A stretch of 63,049 nt of DNA, filler included, from Octopus bimaculoides (lineage: Eukaryota): NCBI RefSeq assembly GCF_001194135.2. It is 4 parts of 4 records of this genome, joined end to end, with 100 filler letters (N's around TTAATTAATTAA, not from the genome) between each part and the next. Parts side by side here need not be neighbours in the genome. Positions count along the whole stretch, not along the records: positions 1 to 28,787 come from NC_068981.1; positions 28,888 to 52,571 come from NC_068983.1; 2 more parts are not named here. One strand, written 5' to 3'. Made by a program: the position numbers and the translations under genes. The notes under the pieces were generated by a model that made no database searches, was not told where the DNA came from, and saw only the letters and a list, made by a program, of their open reading frames with translations. Below, piece by piece: positions 25,732 through 36,242 of the stretch (positions are counted from its first letter, which is position 1; each line of letters opens with the position of its first letter).

Positions 25732-27604
25732 TGTGTGTGTGTGTGTGTGCTTGTGTGTGTGTGTCTATATAAATATTTGGACTAATTATTTTTTATTACA
25801 GTTCTTCATATAATTTATAAACATGCGATCATCAGATGAACTAATGTTAATTCTCTGCATTTCGAATGCTTAACCCATTACCTCTCATAATTCTATTAAC
25901 TGCAAATTCTTTTATGAGACTTTGATTTCTAGCATAAAATAGACTTGGAATGATCAAAATAACATTGCAAAATAACATTTCAAAATAAGATTTTAAGTAG
26001 AATAAGCGAGATATTGGGTGAAAAATTAGCAAACCTCATTTGAATATCAGACAAATATAGCTAGTAGATATAGCAAAAAGGTTAGATATGTGTAAATATT
26101 GACAGATAATTACGAAATTTATAATTTTTAAGTGATCTCATATGAGATCACTGGTAGGTATTGGGTTAATATACTACGGTATTATTTTCTTCCTTTCTCT
26201 TTAGTTATTATTTTCCTTAACCATTTTCTACAAATCCTTTTCTAAGAGACTTCTCTTGGTTGCCGTCATTTTTCATTTACCATTTCGTTTCTCATTCTCT
26301 CATCATTGGTCGAATTCGAAATGAATTTATTCAAATTATTTCTTACATGCTTATCATGTTATATTGACGACTTCGTTGTTTGTCTTGTCTTTGTAATAAC
26401 AACTTGTTTTGCTAAAATCGTTTATGAGTTTAACGCTTTTCATTGACTAAGTCAATGATTGCCTTGTCTCTGATTATTGATTCCGTAATTATATCCTGTT
26501 TTGCTAAGACTACTTATGTCGTCATCACTTTTCATTGGAAAGTTCATGGGTTATTTTATTTCTAACTGTTTATTAAGTCATCATATCATTTTTACTAAAG
26601 CAATTTTGTTTCTATATCAGATTTCATTGGTCAAAACATTAGTTGAATTGTTTTATTCAGCACAATTAAATAAGCGACCATATTCAGTTTCACTACATTT
26701 GTTATTATGTGTATTTTAATGTGTGCAAAATTGCTATTTTTATATTAGATTATTCCAGGGAATGATCGGGTGTTTTATATTTCTGACTCTAAATTGTTAT
26801 TCTTTGCTTTGTTCTTCCATTTGTATCGGTATCGTTGTCTCTTTATTAGTATTTCTGCTGTCATTGCGTATTTTTTTGTGTCATTGAACTGTTGCAAACT
26901 GCGTTTGGTGCTCGGACTAATTTTAAAAAGTCTTTTTATCCCGGATTCTTTGACGTAATATCACCAGTGACGTGTTTGCTGTTCAATAGTGGTAAAGCTT
27001 TTGCATTGTAAAAAAGGCTGTATCACGAAATCATGTTCGAACCTCTGGCGCTCATTATTCATTACTACTATGGTGTAAATCAACTCGTGACAGCTCAATA
27101 GATCCATGGAAATATTCCAAGAGTCTCTGAAATTCCTGGGTGTATATTTGTTTTAAGTGGATAGTATTGCACAACACTGAACCTACTATTCAGCTCAGTC
27201 AGCTATGAAACTAGTGGCATAAGTGAGGTTGACATGATGAGAAACCTACGGCACTTCTATTTTTTTATGCGAAGATTATCTTCTTGTAGGATGAAGTTGT
27301 AACGAGAATTAGGGGTCTCTCACTCACAGAGGTTCATATGCTAGTTAACGCATAATTGTGACTCTAAAAGGTGTTACTACTCCGGATCAAAGTAGACAGA
27401 GAAACAAAATGACGAAGAGGTGGTCCCTGGGGATTCCGTACCAAATCTCATCTCTGGGACGCAGTTTAAAGTTATACTCTCGACTCACTGATATACATAC
27501 ATACAATATACATACATACATAGCTATATATAAGTGTGTGTGTATATATATATTTATATTTGAAGGTTTGGAGGTGATGTACAGAAATTATATAGAAAAA
27601 AATT

Positions 27605-28232
27605 AAGGTATTCAGAAATCTGGATGTTTGTACATTTACAGATTTTTATTAATGTCACATATTAAATAAAGCAATTTTCACCTGGTCGTGCAGGATTTTC
27701 AAATTGTTTTGAGAAAACTTTGCGGAGGGTCTCTTTATATAGTTTTATTGAGTGTGTAGGGGTGGAGAGAGAGATATATATAGGATAGTAAGAGAGGGTG
27801 AGGAAAAGTGAGAGAGAGAGAGTGTGTGTGTGTGTGAGTGTGTGTTTTTTTGTGTTGATGTGTGTGTCCGTGTGTGTGCGTGTGTGTGTCGATGGGAAAG
27901 AGAAAAGAAGAAAATTGGGTTCATAGCTGGTTAGTTCTTTTCAATAAGTTTATTTTTAGCCTTTTAAAGGAATGGCAAAAGCAGGTGTGATCGTTTTGAA
28001 GAAGTTGCTTTTCAAAAAGAATCTTTGGTGTCATTGTCTAGTAGGAGAGTGTGGGTGCGTGTTTGTGTGCGTGTGTGTGTGTATGTGTGCGTGTGTGTCT
28101 CTGTGCGTGTGTGTGTGCCTGTGTATTTGAAAGGTGTGTCAGTGGGAAGGGGAGGGAAGAAGAATATTCTGTTTACAGTTTACAGTTGGTCAGTTCCTGC
28201 TGTGACAAGTTCATGGTTGTCTTTGGTATCAT

Positions 28233-28272
<40 letters not shown>

Positions 28273-28603
28273 TGTGCGTGTGTGTGTGTCTGAAAGGGGT
28301 GTAAAAGGTAAGGAAGGAATTGTGATTATATCTATACAGCTGGTTAGTTCAAAAATAGTTAAGAAAGAAATATGAGAACCTAGGTAACTGGGTTCAATTC
28401 TTGTTGGTACAAAAATGTCCCACTATCTGGGTTTCTTGCCGTTTTTTTAGGGGTCTGTTGTTCCAAAGTTGAAGATCCTAGATGGGTTGTGATCTGCATG
28501 TTTCAGCCATTCAGTTTTGATGAGATTTTGCTATGAAGTATTTCTCCATATTTTTCCTGAAGGAGGTATCGTTTCTTGACCATTTATAAAAGGGAAAGAT
28601 CTT
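27605..28603 (-). mobile_element. 5'-truncated Penelope-like element: GIY-YIG C-terminus plus 3' pLTR-like region
   Basis: Minus strand from 28603 reads KIFPFYKWSRNDTSFRKNMEKYFIAK.. and, after a 1-nt shift, ..KLNG*, matching the PLE C-terminal E..FI.K..P.LN signature; followed by a microsatellite-rich 3' region. Confidence 0.7.
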
Positions 28604-28622
28604 AAATCACACACACACAAAA

Positions 28623-28787
28623 ACGCACCCACACTCTCCTACTAGACAATAACACCAAAGATTCTTTTTGAAAAGCAACTTCTTCAAAACGATCACACCT
28701 GCTTTTGCCATTCCTTTAAAAGGCTAAAAATAAACTTATTGAAAAGAACTAACCAGCTATGAACCCAATTTTCTTCTTTTCTCTTTC
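28623..28787 (+). repeat. Inverted copy of 27896-28060 (164/165 identical)
   Basis: Direct base-by-base reverse-complement comparison; single mismatch c28032 / a28651; ends at a gap. Confidence 0.95.
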
Positions 28788-28887
28788 NNNNNNNNNNNNN
28801 NNNNNNNNNNNNNNNNNNNNNNNNNNNNNNNTTAATTAATTAANNNNNNNNNNNNNNNNNNNNNNNNNNNNNNNNNNNNNNNNNNNN

Positions 28888-29166
28888 GAAGACACTCTTG
28901 AATTGTGCACTGAACACTTCACTTATCCATGTGGGATCCGCAGTCAGTGATCCATTAGGCAGGAATAGGGGTCCTATCTTACACTGTACTGTAGCAGTCT
29001 CTTTTGCAAATCTATAGAAAGCCTTGGGGTTTGTTTTTATGCTTTCTACTGCTCTCTCCTTTTCATGGGAGAGTTTAATCTTGTTTTCTATTTCTAACAG
29101 TGTTAGTTTTAATTTAGCCCTTTTCCTATCCCCCAGTTCTCTATTTAACTGGTTTGAGACCTTTGT

Positions 29167-29231
<65 letters not shown>

Positions 29232-29590
29232 GCCCTCTAGCGTATTTGTGGGTAGAGTTCTCAAGCACTTCCTTCATATGAACCTATCACAAGCAAACTT
29301 AATTATTCAGCCATCTTGTTCTATATATAATTTGTTAGCAAATGGCCATTTCCTATTAAATAAAGTCTTCTACTCTACACAATATGTGTATTCAGTAATC
29401 AATCGAACTATGGTTTTCCTTGTTCCATACTGCATGCACCCTGTGACACACACATGCATTAAGGACACTTGGTTTTCACCAATACATTAGGTCATCTGAA
29501 TTAGTGAAGGCTGAGATTCTTCACCAATCATCGAATCTATAAAATACACCTATTTGCCCTCTTGTTAGATTTCTAGTCTCCTTGATCTTT
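28888..29590 (-). mobile_element. CR1/L2-like LINE ORF2 relic (EN-RT linker), interrupted by (CT)(TA)n
   Basis: KLSHEKERAVESIKTNPKAFYRFAK...KIGPLFLPNGSLTAD...SEVFSAQFKSVF; the extension to ~29590 is inferred. Confidence 0.75.
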
Positions 29591-30401
29591 GATTCAAGAA
29601 TTCTGGCACACACTCTCATACACACACTGTATGTGTGTGTGTGCGTTTATCAGATCTGGGAAATGTTATGTTTTATATGTAAATTGTATGTTTAGGTTGC
29701 TCCCCTACCTATAACATAATGTATTTAAAATTTATTAATAAGGGTAGAAATTGATATTAATCAATTAAAACCAGTGGTCTAGCATATCAAAAAAATTCGA
29801 AGATTAAAATTAGATTACATAAAAAAATAAGAGGAATGACCAGCAAAAGTGGACTCATATATGCTAGAAATAGATGCCGAATCATCTAACCATGAAAGAT
29901 ATGTTCTCAGTAAAAATTTAGCGACACAACAGACTGTAAAAGGGCAAGTATTTTTTCATTTGTCTTGCCCTTTTACAGTCTGTTGTGTCGCTAAATTTTT
30001 ACTAGTCATTCCTCTTATTTTTGTATGTAATATAACATAATGTATATAAATAAAGATTAAATAAATGTTGGTGAATTTTAAAGTGCATTAGTTTTTTTCA
30101 AATTCTACACATACATTTCTAATGTACACATATTGCAGTTACTTTCGTACTTTTTGTTTTTAATTAAAATTGCTTTCTCGTGTTATATATAACACGAGAG
30201 AGCAAATTTGCTTCCACAGGTTCTATTTACGATATTCATTCACATGGCATGGGTCAGTCAGGGTTAGAGTAGAAAAACACTTGTTGAAGGTGCTTCACAG
30301 TGAGACTGAAACCAAAACCATGTGACTGTAATCTTGTCTTTGGATGTAATTGCCTTTGGATGTAATTCTATGCTTTAATAACACAATTCCTATATTTTCA
30401 G

Positions 30402-30562
30402 GTAATTCCATACCTACTGTGGCTAGGAATGGATCAATGCCACCCGGGATTGCCATGACACCAGGTGAATCAGCACAAACTAGTTTCAACTATTTGCCTC
30501 CAGAGAATGGTTATCATCAGCGTCCCCAAATTTCCCAAGGCTACCACCCTTATCGACGTTGA
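30402..30562 (+). CDS. Probable last coding exon of a host gene; C-terminus (G)NSIPTVARNGSMPPGIAMTPGESAQTSFNYLPPENGYHQRPQISQGYHPYRR*, PY-NLS-like end reminiscent of DAZAP1-type RNA-binding proteins
   Basis: Acceptor cctatattttcAG at 30400-30401 (phase 1), open frame to TGA 30560-30562, non-repetitive composition, AATAAA ~90 nt downstream; R-x-HPY end resembles human DAZAP1 ...QGFHPYRR. Confidence 0.7.
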
Positions 30563-30653
30563 TGGGTGTGTGGTCAGTTCATATGGCCGTTTTTACTGTT
30601 GTTAATGTTAAAACTGTTTTTTTTTTTTTCGGACTCATTCATGAATGGAATTC

Positions 30654-30659
30654 AATAAA
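30654..30659 (+). promoter_or_regulatory. Candidate polyadenylation signal AATAAA
   Basis: Downstream of the stop at 30562 after a U-rich 3'UTR-like stretch. Confidence 0.45.
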
Positions 30660-30863
30660 TATAATATTCATTGAAGCACTGAAATAACCATATTTTCATA
30701 AAACAGACAATTTAAAGTCTCATTTAAAATTAAATACAATTTGCAATTATTTAATTATATTTGTTTAGTTTCTTTCTTTATTGTTTTGTTCTTGTTTTAC
30801 TGTTGTGAACTTCAAATATTAAATTATCTAACTACTTCTGAGCAGCAGCATGTCCTCACTAAT

Positions 30864-30968
30864 GTGAAGGCCCATGGCTCAGTGGTTAGAGCATCAGGCT
30901 TATAACCATGAGATAGTGAGTTCAATTTCCGAACCGGGTTATGTCTTGTGTTCTTGAGCAAGACACAT
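30864..30968 (+). mobile_element. SINE family D, diverged head fragment
   Basis: gtgaaggcccatggctcagtggttagagc...gagttcaatttccgaaccggg..ttgtgttcttgagcaagacac. Confidence 0.75.
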
Positions 30969-31664
30969 TAGTGAAGACATGGCTACTACCTCTGAGATTA
31001 CCTCTTTGGCCTTTAGACTGGCTGTCTCTGGACCAAATATTCTACCTGTTTTATGCTCAAACTGGCCGGAGCTGGGCCCTCACACATTCTTTTTAGTGTC
31101 ATTCTAAAAATGCACAATCTTGAATTATGGTTCAAGTCTCAGAGTCTCAATGTTCTACAATTTGCCAAAAAAGCTAAAAATAAAAAAAAGAAATTGCATG
31201 TATTGTAGTTGTATCTCAGTTAGTCATTAGACTAAGTATCCCCTGTTGGAATCAAGGTGAAGGAGAGCTTATAATCAAAAAACATTCAAAGTGTGACCAT
31301 CCTGCCTTTTTTAGGGAAGTGTATTTAGAACCACAGATAACATGTCCTCCCTGTTTCTAAGGTGGTATGGAGTTAGTTGGCTGATATGCTATTCCTACAA
31401 GGTCAAGTGACCCTATAAAGCTCCCTTGAGTCAAGGACGTCGACTACGCATAGAAAGGTATACTTGTAAATCGAGTTCTTGTGGATATCAACTTTACCAC
31501 TATTTATATCTATTCTTCATGAATTCAGACATGATGCCTGAGTGGATAAGGACGGTCTTGGAGTGCCTGTTTCATAGTTTAAAACTTAGAAATCTACCCT
31601 TGGATTTTGATAGTGTCTTTAAGCAGAGCACTTTATTCTACAGTGCTTTAGTTTATATAAAGTA

Positions 31665-31972
31665 AAGACCCCCTTTGGTCATGACCACGGGATTGCATCT
31701 AGAAAGTTCCCCTCTGAGGCACAAGTCTAGGCAAGGTTGTTTATGGAAGACCAGCAGTCGCCCGTGCACTCCAGCCTCCGCTCACCACGTCACCAATGTT
31801 ACCCAAGGGAAAGGCAAAGGCTAATACAGCTTGGCACCAGTGACATCACCACCCTTTTCTACAGCTGAGTAAACTGAACAATGTAAAATAAAGTGTCTTG
31901 CTCAAGAACACAACACACAACCCGGTCCGCGAATCAAGCTCACTATCTAATGGTTCTGAGCCATGTACCTTC
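31665..31972 (-). mobile_element. SINE family D
   Basis: Homologous to 52077-52408: ...aaataaagtgtcttgctcaagaacacaac..., ggcaaaggc..acagcttggcaccagtgac, ttatggaagaccagcagtcgccc, tail agaccccc..ggtcatgacc. Confidence 0.85.
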
Positions 31973-32634
31973 TCATTAGTCTATATAACAGTTGTACATT
32001 GATACTAATAGATCAACAAAGGAATGTACAGCTTCAGGCTGGAGTCTACAAACAGTCTCAGTTCATCACATTTCCTTCTATTCCTTTACGTGCCATGTTT
32101 GACAGGTGGTATTTATCATGAGTCATCAACCTCAGCCTGTAATGAAGTGCACCATCCAATGTACTATTTTCTATTTCTGTCAGAAGGAAAGCCAGTGCCT
32201 GTAACTCTTTAAAAAAGGTCACAAGAACTACGACTGTTGAGAAGGTGGAGGAGACCTGATTCTAATACTTACATCAAAGGAGACTCCACTGTCAAAGGTA
32301 CCCAAGGCGCCAAGCGACGGTGTTAAACTGGAGAGTGGATTAGGTCTGCTGTCGAAGTTAGCTATGGCAGGATTTGAACTTAGAATGCAAAGAGTCTGTA
32401 TAGCTATTTCAGATTACCAACCATTCAGCTTACCTCCTGGTAACTTGAAGTTGTGTTCAGTTTACCGGCGGGTAGGATGAGATTGATTTCAAATTATTCC
32501 CGGGGTAATTTGATATTGATTTCATTCTATCTTCTGCAAGTTCAGATTACCCATCAAATTCTTCCCCAAATGTTCGTCTTCCTGATGGCAAATAGAAGAA
32601 TCATCATTATTTTTATTATTATCATTATTATATC

Positions 32635-33085
32635 AAGGTGGCGAGCTGGCAGAAACGTTAGCATGCTGAGAAAAAAATTTTAATGGCGTTTCGTCTGTCT
32701 TTACGTTTTGAGTTCAAATTCCACGAGGGTTGATTTCACCTTTATCCTTTTGGTGTTGTTGAAATAAGTACCAGCTGAATAGTGGGATCGATGTAATCGA
32801 CTTTGCCTCCCCCAAAATTCCAGGCCTTGTGCCATTAGTAGAAAGGATTGTTATAATTATTAAGGCAGTGGACTGGTAGAATCATTAGAACGCCAGGCAA
32901 AATACTTAGCGGCATTTCGTTCATCTGTACGTTTTCTGAGTTCAAATTCCACCGAGGTCGACTTTGTCATTCATCCTTTCGAAGTCGATGAAATAAGTAT
33001 CAATTGAGCACTAAGGGTCGATGTAATCGACACCCCACCCCTCCCCTCCAAATTTGAGGTCTTGTGCTTATTGTAAAAAGAATCA
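32635..33085 (+). mobile_element. Two head-to-tail SINE family B copies (32635-32849, 32862-33085)
   Basis: Each starts aaggt/cggcgagctggcagaa-like and ends ggccttgtgc...gaaaggatt-like. Confidence 0.85.
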
Positions 33086-33641
33086 TTACTATAATTATTT
33101 TTTCTGTAGCTTATAAATATTATAACGAAGAAAGAATAATTTATAATACAGGTTTCTCAAGGGAGATAACGACTAAACCCATTAATGTATGTTTTCTGTG
33201 TGTGCATCCGTTATGTAAATGTGTGTAAATCACGAAGAAAGTGTTGGAGCTTTCACTTGCTTAAAGTTGTAAAAGTCGCAGAAATTTTATAAAAGTATAG
33301 TGCACAACAAGAAGGATCTCTTCAGTTTGGCTCAGATTTTTTAATTATTATTTTTTTTAACTAAACAGTTTGAAACTTCGTATACTGGCGTAATTTATCA
33401 CGCTGAATACGGGTTACTTTCAGCATTTTTAATTGACCACTTCTGCAAATGGCTAGAAGATCGACCACTAAAAGATCACACTACGAACAGTGTCACAGCG
33501 TTTCTGTTTGAGGATGTTATTTGTTACACGGGTGCATAAAAATCCAGATTAATGATCAAGGAAGCGAGTTCGTTAACAAAATGTCAGCAGACCTCCTTAA
33601 ATTGACTGGAACATAGTAGTATATATATAACAAGCGCTTAT

Positions 33642-33815
33642 TCAGTGGCGTATGGTGGTTGTATTGGGTGTGCTATCAACCAATGCTACCAAATTTCAAG
33701 CAGGAGTGTAACAACATTTTTCGTTAAGAGTTGTGATTAAATTAACTAGTAAGGTTAATATTTATAATGAATTTGCCATTTTCGTTGGGTGTGCAGCGCA
33801 CACCTAGTACACCCG
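33642..33815. mobile_element. Small hAT-like (MITE) insertion in the integrase
   Basis: Starts cagtggcgta; flanked by an 8-bp near-duplication gcgcttat (33634-33641) / gtgcttat (33816-33823); right TIR not clear. Confidence 0.5.
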
Positions 33816-33847
33816 GTGCTTATCACTCTCAAGCAAATGAGCTTGTG

Positions 33848-34086
33848 TAGAGGCGCATGGCCTAGTGGTAAGGGTATTGGATTCAGGATCGTAAGATTGT
33901 GGTTTCGATTCCTGGAACGGTGACGCGTTGTATTCTTGAGCAAAACACTTCATTTCACGTTGTTCCAATCCACTCGGCTGACAAAAATGAATAATTCTGC
34001 GATGGACTGGCAGAATTATACGACATGGAAACTTGGAAACCAGCCCTTAGGAATCAGCATGACTCGAGAAGGTAGCTTTACCTTAC
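33848..34086 (+). mobile_element. SINE family E inserted in the integrase
   Basis: gaggcgcatggcctagtggtaaggg...ggtttcgattcctgg...cttgagcaaaacacttcatttcacg...gactcgagaaggtagctttacc; flanked by cttgtg on both sides. Confidence 0.85.
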
Positions 34087-34646
34087 CTTGTGGAATGTCA
34101 GAATCGAACTGTTAAAGATATTTTTATCCACTCCCCCGAGAACTGTCCCAACTGGGCTGAATGCTTACCAGAAGTTCTGGTTTTGCTTAACGAACAGCCA
34201 AACGTTACTACTCTTCGGAACAATATTATAATTCCTGAAGTTATTTCCAATATAAAAATAGCGCAGTCTGTTCAAAATAGAACAATATGATAGAAAACAC
34301 AAGCAACAGCTGTTTAGTGTTGGAAATAAATCTCTGCTCATAAACCTTTTACGAAGGAACAGAAAGGGAGGACATTTTTCGGAGTGCCACACTGTTCCTT
34401 ACACTTTTGCAAAAGTTTTTTTGTCAAAAATGCCAATCGATTTCCAGTCAAATAACAATAAAGTGTTGGAAAAAGAAGTAAATGCCATCAATATCATCCA
34501 ATATACTGAGCAACCACTAGCAAGAAAAATGAAAATCAAGATACCCTTACTTCAAAGTAACTGCAGGTTTTTTTTTTATGTATATAAGAATATATTAGAT
34601 TATCAATATAAAGTATATAAATAACTTGTTTTTTATATAAATACAT

Positions 34647-35042
34647 TGTAGAAAAGTGGTTATACACCATTAGGTGTACACCGCTTCCGTACATTAAATT
34701 TCTAGAAGAAACAACGGAATGCAGATTCTGAACAACACAACAATATTTATTTTCATTGGAATTCAGTTCACGCTTGGAGGGAATTCGGTAGCTCGTCGCC
34801 CTCGGTTACTGAGACGCCTCCTGAATGATTTCCGTGGTTATTTGTGAAGCTCTGGTGCTGACATGTGAGAGGGCTCTGTTGGACGTCTTGGCTCGACGGA
34901 GATCCGTCAACGAAGAGACTGAGAAAAGGCGCCAAAGCTGGGTGTCGAACTCTACGCATGCGCATGAGACTCTTCCTGTATTCCTTCCGGAACTAGTCCC
35001 TGCGCATGCGTGGATAAAACTCCGGACGTTGAACATATAACA
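34647..35042 (-). mobile_element. Probable solo LTR (~396 bp)
   Basis: TGT...ACA termini, GC-richer than flanks, minus-strand AATAAA about 100 nt before the 3' end; no TSD found, left boundary uncertain. Confidence 0.5.
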
Positions 35043-35937
35043 GTCGTCTGCTATAAGTTGTCACTACAACATCATTCTATACGCATCTTAAATGTATAAA
35101 CATATTCTGTTTGGTACATAAAATGTAAATCGTTTGCATTTAAAGTATATTACTATACGTTGTTTTGTATAATAGGTTTCGATCGTATTTGAATCGTATA
35201 AATTTGCTTGTAATTACATTTACTCGTCAATAATTTTGAACTGAAATATCAGTTATAAATTATCGTAAAGCAAAACAAAACTAATACTTCCAAATGCAAA
35301 CAAAATATGTATTTATACACTTCAAATACAAATGAAATTTATTTATAAAGAAAAAAAAAAATTCTTCGGCAATAAATCCTCTAATCCAAAGCAGTTTCTC
35401 TTTAATATAACAATCACATTAGTAGAATAAACTATCCTGCTACCACTGAGTGACTGAGGAATTTAACAGAGCAACGTATATGAAGTAACATTACGTGAAG
35501 GCGTGGGACATCCAATTTTCTTTAATTCCGACCGTTTCATGGTTCTGGTAGAGGAAATGGAAAAGGCGTTGCCCCGTGAATGGCGAGGGAAATGCACTGG
35601 AATAGCCACTCTGACTCACAAGGCCAGCCATCTCCGCCTCGATAGCGGTCAGTAGGGATACGGTCCGGGGCCCCCAGAACGTCAAAGGTCTACACTGCCA
35701 CAGGCTCAACCATAAACCTGCCAGAAAACGACCGGTACCTCGACAGTTATTTACAAACTCAGAATTCAAAGTATTCTTATATTTACACCAATCCATCTAC
35801 CTGGATTAGACATGTTTACCTCGACTGGATTTGAACTCAGAACGCAGAGAGTCTCGGCATGCTTAGTGCAGCAACCGGCAGAAATCAGTAAAACTCTTTA
35901 TGAAATTCTCTATCTAAATCCTATTGCATTTTATATT

Positions 35938-36242
35938 TGTTGTTGGCACTCCGTTCCTTACGACATCGAGGGTTCCAGTTGATCCGATCAACAGAACAGC
36001 CTGCTCATGAAATTAACGTGCAAGTGGCTGAGCACTCCACAGACACGTATACCCTTAACGTAGTTCTCGGGGATATTCAGCGTGACACAGTGTGACAAGG
36101 CTGACCCTTTGAATTACAGGCACAACAGAAACAGGAAGAAAGAGTGAGAGAAAGTTATGGTGGAAGAGTACAGCAGGGTTCACCACCATCCCCTGTCGGA
36201 ACCTCGTAGAGCTTTAGGTGTTTTCGCTCAATAAACACTCAC
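35938..36242 (-). mobile_element. SINE family C, second copy (head lost in gap)
   Basis: Highly similar to 23355-23660 along its whole length. Confidence 0.9.

Larger units (their letters stand above)
33432..34420 (+). pseudogene. Ginger1/GIN-like (Gypsy-type) DDE integrase relic, interrupted twice
   Basis: IDHFCKWLEDRPLKD..., HGCIKIQINDQGSEFVNK (D2), ITSAY / HSQANELV / ECQNRTVKD (E) and GPY/F-like YDRKH...FSVGNK...RRNRKGGHF...VPYT. Confidence 0.8.

Noticed and set aside
25800-27000. A-rich minus-strand region possibly a decayed PLE N-terminus (NLS...GL..FHP-like)
   Set aside because: Only one weak motif; cannot be distinguished from AT-rich background by eye.
28832-28843. TTAATTAATTAA embedded in an N-run (also 52616-52627 and 57442-57453)
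   Set aside because: Identical six-frame-stop palindrome centred in fixed-length N padding is an artificial scaffolding spacer, not biology. It also means contiguity across these joins is uncertain.
32108-32212. Possible alternative terminal exon after ttgacAG (GGIYHESS...VTL*)
   Set aside because: No recognisable motif or poly(A) support; only a weak acceptor.
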